64,000 nucleotides of DNA from Podarcis filfolensis. Taxonomy: Eukaryota. The DNA lies in NCBI GenBank assembly GCA_964270895.1, contig OZ185442.1; one strand, 5' to 3'. Below are positions 1 through 64,000 of this stretch, piece after piece (position 1 is the first letter of the stretch; every line of letters starts with the position of its first letter). A program made the translations under genes and the position numbers. Under the pieces are notes generated by a model. That model did no database searches and was not told the origin of the DNA. It saw only the letters and a list, made by a program, of their open reading frames with translations.

Positions 1-191
1 TTAGTTTGTTTTCGGTTGTTAGTTTGTTAATGTGGCTAATATTGTAGATTAAAAGTGCTGTAGTGCTTTGTGAATCTTATAACATGACCTGTGTGGTGGC
101 TGTGCTGTTTAGCTTATTTTTTTTAGTTGTTTCGTTAATAGTGTTTTCTAGAAGGTGCTTGTTTTACTGATTATTTGTTAATTATTCTATA

Positions 192-406
192 CAGTGGTAC
201 CTCAGGTTAAGTACTTAATTCGTTCCGGAGGTCCATACTTAACCTGAAACTGTTCTTAACCTGAAGCACCACTTTAGCTAATGGGGCCTCCCGCTGCCAC
301 CACACCATTTCTGTTCTCATCCTGAAGCAAAGTTCTTAACCTGAAGCACTATTTCTGGGTTAGCGGAGTCTGTAACCTGATGCGTATGTAACCCGAGGTA
401 CCACTG
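192..406. mobile_element. Tc1/mariner (pogo/Tigger-like) MITE, copy 1
   Basis: TIR CAGTGGTACCTC/GAGGTACCACTG, TA TSD; three copies in window. Confidence 0.92.
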
Positions 407-525
407 TAATTGTGGTGTTCTATCATGTTATTGTCATTGATTGTTTGTGAGCCACGTTGTGACTCATGTGAGTGAAAAGCAGCATAGAAAATGAAATGAA
501 CTCACTCCTGTAAGGTGGAGCCTAC

Positions 526-58440
<57,915 letters not shown>

Positions 58441-58812
58441 CTTGTGCAACCTCCTGCTTTCCCCTCTATTTCTGAAAAAAGCTGATGATGATCCCTTTTG
58501 GTTATTTGCCAGGGATCTCTTAAACTATAGATGCCCCCTTAAGTCTCCCTCTCTTTCTCCACTGTTAATAGTCTGCTAATGAGGACCCCAAACCAATCCA
58601 ATGGTTGATTCCAAAAGCCCCCTTTAAAGCCTGTCACTCAATTTTCCCATTTCAAAGGGAATGGAGCCTTCTTTAGCATGCAGATCTAAGGACGGTCGAC
58701 ATCATAAAGGAGAAAAATGGAAGGAAAACTTATAAAAAGTGAGGTCACAATAGGAAGGCAATAAATATTCCATATGTGAACTGCTCTAAGGATGTAACTT
58801 TTATGCTTTTAA

Positions 58813-60158
58813 CTTCCTGTTTGGCTGCCATGGCGAATGGCTGTGCCCATAACAGCAGAGCCCTTTTGTGCGAACAATGAGGATAATATGGGAGTAATTA
58901 TCCTCCCCAAACCCCTCAGGGCCTGGGCTCTGATACCTGCTGCCTGTTCTGAAGGAATGCGGGGGGCAGGGGGCACTGGGCGCAATGCACCGAGCATCTC
59001 AGCAACACTCCAAAGCCGACGCCATGAGCAGAGGACACCTGTTTTTTAAGATAAATATTCAGATTTAATTAACAGGCATGCTCTGAACTAGTGGAGATAA
59101 AATAACTTGCTAATTTAACCAGCCACTGAGAAGGATTTGATCTGGAGAAAAGACTTTTGTCGCAACTAAAGAACAACTGTTAGAAATACATGAGTGGACG
59201 CTAAGCTTAATGGACTGTGCAAAATTTTGACAATGATTCTGGTAATGACCATTAACGAAAAGATGAAAGGAATTCCTGATTGGAGCTAATGTGTTAGTGC
59301 AGAGGTACCATCTCATTAGAAGTTGGTAGGAGACCAAAGAAGAGAATTCTGGATATCTGCCCGGGACTAATGATGGACTGTGATGCAGTTAAAATTATCC
59401 CTGTGAGCAGAAAACAAAAGTAGCTTCGCTGAGAAGCAAGACAGCACAAAGGACTGGCCCACTTGCTAAATTAACTGATGGGATTAATTGTATAGCCCCA
59501 GGGGGAGGTGAGCCTTTATTATTCTCTTTTGATATATTTGTACTTGCAGTTTTACCTGGTAAACCTCCCCCGAAGGGCAACTGTTTGAAATATGCAAGCG
59601 GGCTTCAAAGAGCATTCTGCTGCCATTATGGCTTAAATATAATACTGACTGGGTGAAGATTTTGGCAGCTACACTCAGCGGAAGGATGGAAAGAATTCTG
59701 GACTGGAGTTATTGTGTTTTTGTAGAGGTACCAGCATCCTGGGAGATGGAGCAAGATTACAGAGGGGAATTCTGGATGTCTGCCTGGGGCTAATGGCGTC
59801 TCTTTGTTTGGGATGTGGCATATTATGGCTCCTGAGAGCAGAAACTGAAAATGGAATTGCTGGAGTGTGGATTACAACAGGGAAAAATATTTCACACAGA
59901 ACTACGAAGGCGAAAGTTGAACTGACCACTGGTTGCAAAAATAAATGAAAACAAAATGAAGGATTAACATCAGAATGGTTTATTGACTAATTAAGATGAT
60001 CAGCACTTCGCGAAATTCAGAGCATGGGTCACCCAAAGATATATAATTTGCCACCTATATCTGGCTTTTTTATTGTATTGTAATTTGGAATGTTTTAATG
60101 TGGTTTTTATTGGATTATTAAAATGGAAAACTTAATATTATTATTATTTTTAAATAAA
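58813..60158 (+). mobile_element. Candidate older short non-autonomous L1-like element
   Basis: 8-bp direct repeat gcttttaa (58805-58812, 60159-60166); 5' end cttcctgtttggctgccatggcgaatggc resembles the other L1 5' ends; ends in T-rich 3'UTR plus AATAAA; no long ORF. Confidence 0.5.
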
Positions 60159-60207
60159 GCTTTTAAACTATTTGGATTGGCTGAAAAGGTCCCCTGAATG
60201 GTCACAT

Positions 60208-60240
<33 letters not shown>

Positions 60241-60275
60241 GTGTGCGCACACACACACACACACAAACACACACA
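60208..60275. repeat. (TG)n followed by (CA)n microsatellite
   Basis: Direct reading. Confidence 0.9.
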
Positions 60276-61169
60276 AACTTGTAGAATTTACATAGCCAAT
60301 CTCAGAAGAGGGAAGTGACCCTTTTAAGATTATACCTGCTGTGACATTTAAATGAAGTGGACATTTTCCCCCTTATAATTATCGCTTTTATCTTATGCAA
60401 ATGTGATCAGTCAGTTGACTAAAAGCCATGTGATTAATGGACTTAGGACTGAACTATGCATCAAGTCGGCTGTACCCTTTGGCCTTTTTAAACTTTAAAT
60501 GGGAACCTGGGGAGGAGGGTGCTGATCAAGAATCTCAAGTAGGATCTTAGGCACCATTTCCTGTTCTGCCCTGTGTTTGTTGCATTCCACTGTAGTTCCT
60601 CTTCTGCCAAAAAACTACTTGCTGGCTGCTGCAGCACAATTGTAATTGCATTATTCTGTTCCATTCATTTCAGTGCAAAGGAAACACGGTGCAAATGACT
60701 CAATCAGTCGTGTATTATTTGTAGACTGAAAGCAGCAACAGTGAATACTCACTGGACTGATTTCTGTTCTGGATGTAGGATGAACCTGAACATAAGAAGA
60801 ACCTCCTGGATCAGGCCAATCCTGCATCTAGCCTAGCTTCTTGTTCTCAGTGGCCAGAAAACTGGCAAGCAGGACCAGTTGGCACAAGCTCTCCCTCCTC
60901 TCCTGTGGTTTCCAGCAACTGGTATCCAGAAGCATCATTGCCTCTGCCTGTGGAGACAGAGCCATGGGAACACCAGCACTTTCCACTCTGGTTTCTGTTT
61001 TCATCAGAATTCTCTGACATCCCTAATTTCAGGTCTTGCCCACCTGATCCTTTTAGATATCAGGCATGGGTTGCTGGTGGTCACTATTGGGGGCTCTCGG
61101 GGCAGAGGTCAGAGCAACAGAAAGCATACCCTCCAACATTTCACCAATGAAAATGGAGAGATCATTTTC

Positions 61170-61226
<57 letters not shown>

Positions 61227-62532
61227 TTTATTATTTATGCCCCACCCATCTGACTGGGTTGCCCCAGCCAATCTAAGCAGCTTCCAACATATATAAAAAC
61301 ATAGTAAAATTTGAAACATTTTAAAAATTCCCCATACAGGGCTGCCTTCAGATGGCGCATAACTTCATGCCCTCCAACATTTCTCTAATGAAAATAGGGA
61401 CAACCTAAGGAAAATCTGGGATCAAATCAGAAACTGGGATGGCTTCTGTAAATCTGGGGCTGTTCTTGGAAAACAGGTCTGCAAAAAGTAGACAGAGCCA
61501 GGAATAACAAAAGGCAGAGGTAATGGTAGGCAGAGGAAGCCTCAATGAATTTTGGCCTCAGCAGAATTTAGCCAAGGAGGTTCTTAGCTCAGGTCCCTGC
61601 CGATACTTACATCAGCTGACATAGAGCCTTATGGTGGAGTGCAGCGCAGGCAATGATCATCCTGGCCTGGAATGAAACAAACTGCTGGCCTGTTTTTTGT
61701 TGCAGCGTTTTGCCACAGCTGTTGCACATCAGTCAAAAGTGCCGCCCAGGTGCATTTGCAATGCTGTGGGTGGGAATCTATTGAAATGGAAACAGAAAGG
61801 AGTGACAGGTTCTATGACTCTGTGAGGTTTAATGGAGGGTGTCAAATCTAATTGGACCTGTTCCTGATGGTTCTGTATGCTGTCAACAAGGCATTCAATT
61901 AAATCAAGGGAATAATAATCCCTTGGTAGGTGCTGTGGAGAACTGCAGTTTCCCCAGCAAAAGAGAAAAGTCTTGGTTGTGCCCCCTCAAGGACATAAAG
62001 TTGTGGAAAGATGTGGAGCTTCCTTTAGTGCCTAAGGAAGAAAATCCAGGTGGCCCCCTCCCTTCCCACTAGTTGACAAGGGGCATGATTCACCAGGCTG
62101 GGGGGGGGTTGTCTCTGCCCCCCCCTACAGCTCCCATTCATTTCAGAAGGGTCTGTGCAGCACAACTTCCTGGAGAAGGAGCACAGTGCAGAGAACAGAG
62201 GATCTGCTTTGATTGCAGAAGTTCCCAGTCTCTGGCCTCCCTAGCTAAAAGGAAAGGTTCAGGAAGCAGATAGACCTCTCTCTCTGCCCAAGACCCTGGA
62301 GAAAAGCTAGCTGCCAGTCTGTGTAGGCAATCTTGGCAGGGGCGTAGCACTGTCCACAGGCACCAGAGGCAGGTGTGCACACACACCGCAAGCAGGGATG
62401 GAGCGTGCTCACCCAGTCCTTGCTGCTGCCGCTGCCAGGCAAGGACAGGGCACGGAGGGTGAAGAGCACCCTCCCCACCTGGTCTCTGCCCAGTGTGTGA
62501 GAACCCGCCCATCTGGGCCTGTGTCCCAATGG

Positions 62533-63054
62533 TATGGTTACCAGATTTTTTTCAATGAATCCGGGGACACTTTTTTTTTTTGAAGCTGAGTAGCAACAGG
62601 GAGTCAATCGTGGGGATGGTGAGGCAAAAGACCCTGGGCCCAAGCACACATGCATATCGTATAAAGGTGCAAAGCCCTTCTTTCCCACTCCGTGAAACAT
62701 AAATGCACAGGTTTTTTTTTTAAAAAAACTGGGCAACGGCGCATCACCCACCCGTGACTCCCGAGCTTTGTTTTGACAGATCAGAGGAGGTTCATGGGCG
62801 GGCGGGCGACCGTTGCCCAGGAGAGGCCAGCCTGGTAGTGCAGTTGGCTCTAGCTGGCTTCAGGAGCTGCTCACTGCTCGCTGCCGTGGCGCCCACCATT
62901 TTTCCTGCACCATGACAGTGAGCAGCTCCTGAAGCCAGCCAGAGCCAACTGCACTACCAGGCTGGCTCTGGGCTGCTGAGGCTGCCGCTGCCACGTTTCC
63001 CGCGGACAGATTTCCAAATCTGAGGACTGTCCCTGGGAACATCTGGTAACCCTA
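62533..63054. mobile_element. Non-autonomous hAT element with internal fold-backs
   Basis: TIR TA(T/G)GGTTACCAGA; 8-bp TSD cccaatgg/cccaatga. Confidence 0.8.
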
Positions 63055-64000
63055 CCCAATGAGACATATGTGCTTTACTTCAGAGCAGACATGCACAGGA
63101 TTGTGCTGTTATGCACATAAACTTGAGGCCGAGTCCAAAACGGGGTTTCAGTCACTTGGTAAAATGGTTGCTAGTCAGACTTTAGAACTCAAGGCAGTTG
63201 TTCCCAGGGCAGTTGATAAGAAGGTGTAACAGAGGAGTGGCTGCAGATATGTGGGGGGGGGGAGACAGAAATGGGGTGCATAAAGAGGGTGACTGTGACA
63301 GAATAGAGAGAGGCTAATTGAATAAGCAGAAAAGAAAATACATACCGGCACCTCCCCTCCCCTAAGTGTGGAACTTACAACTTCATGGTGAGTACTGGCA
63401 CCATTTTGTTCTAAAAAAAGAGAAAAACACTGCAAAGCAGTATTTCCATCTAGAAGCGTCTGCTGGTGCAAACAACATTGAAAGCACAGAACTGCTCTTA
63501 AACCCTAATAAGCACAAATAACCATGAATACACAAAAAACCGAAAAAGATCCTGCTGGATCAGTCCAATCTTTACGCAGGAGATTTACACCTTGAGGACC
63601 CATTTGAGACAGCTTTAGAGGCTGATTTAAAGATCCAGAAGAAGAAGAAGGTGGTGCAGTCATGGGTGGGCTGTACCACTTTGAAATGTGGGCGAAAATC
63701 AGGCCTGTAGGAATACAGGTGTGGCCTAGGTTTCTTCCTGGCATGCCAGTTTTCTCTCTGCAGGGATCGTTTTTTTAAGAGGAAGCATTTGACCAAGTCA
63801 CTTCACGTTTGCAACCTAAACTTGTACAGCAAAGAAGTAGCTTGCTTGATTTATTTATTGTATTTTTAGCCGAAAAGGCTCTCAGAGTAGCTTACAAATA
63901 TCAGTTCCAAGACAGTCCCTGAACATATATTTAGGCTGCACATATACCATCCATTTAAAGCACACACCCTACAAGAATCCTGGGAACTGTAGTTTCTTAA

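Noticed and set aside
58500-64000. 5' end of a neighbouring gene such as KANSL3
   Set aside because: No CpG island or recognisable coding exon; the GC-rich part at 62.5-63 kb lies inside a hAT element.

Overview
Vertebrate (squamate, most likely lacertid lizard) genomic DNA. The lineage is inferred from Sauria SINEs, a Bov-B fragment, tRNA/CR1-tailed SINEs and L2 tails; no species can be named. One protein-coding gene fills the window on the minus strand: a type-I ferlin with C2A, C2B, FerI, C2C, FerA, FerB, nested DysF, C2D and C2E. Its best match from my recall of the family is FER1L5. I traced 35 exons by hand from the ATG at 58440 to about 526. The junctions are phase-consistent except in the C2A-C2B linker (about 44.6-48 kb), which is unresolved. 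The remaining C2 domains and TM anchor lie beyond the left edge. One intron requires a GC donor. Introns are dense with transposons. The most unusual features are: (i) short, 5'-complete L1-type elements lacking most of ORF2, one with an 18-bp TSD and an intact 214-aa coiled-coil ORF (half-L1-like); (ii) a nested Bov-B/L1/other-LINE stack in which the inner LINE landed on the L1 ORF2 start codon; (iii) a sense-oriented solo LTR 52 nt from an exon; (iv) a near-perfect 51-bp fold-back inside a hAT element upstream of the gene. Most ORFs in the supplied track are spurious. All homology calls are from memory and in-window alignment by eye, not from database searches.
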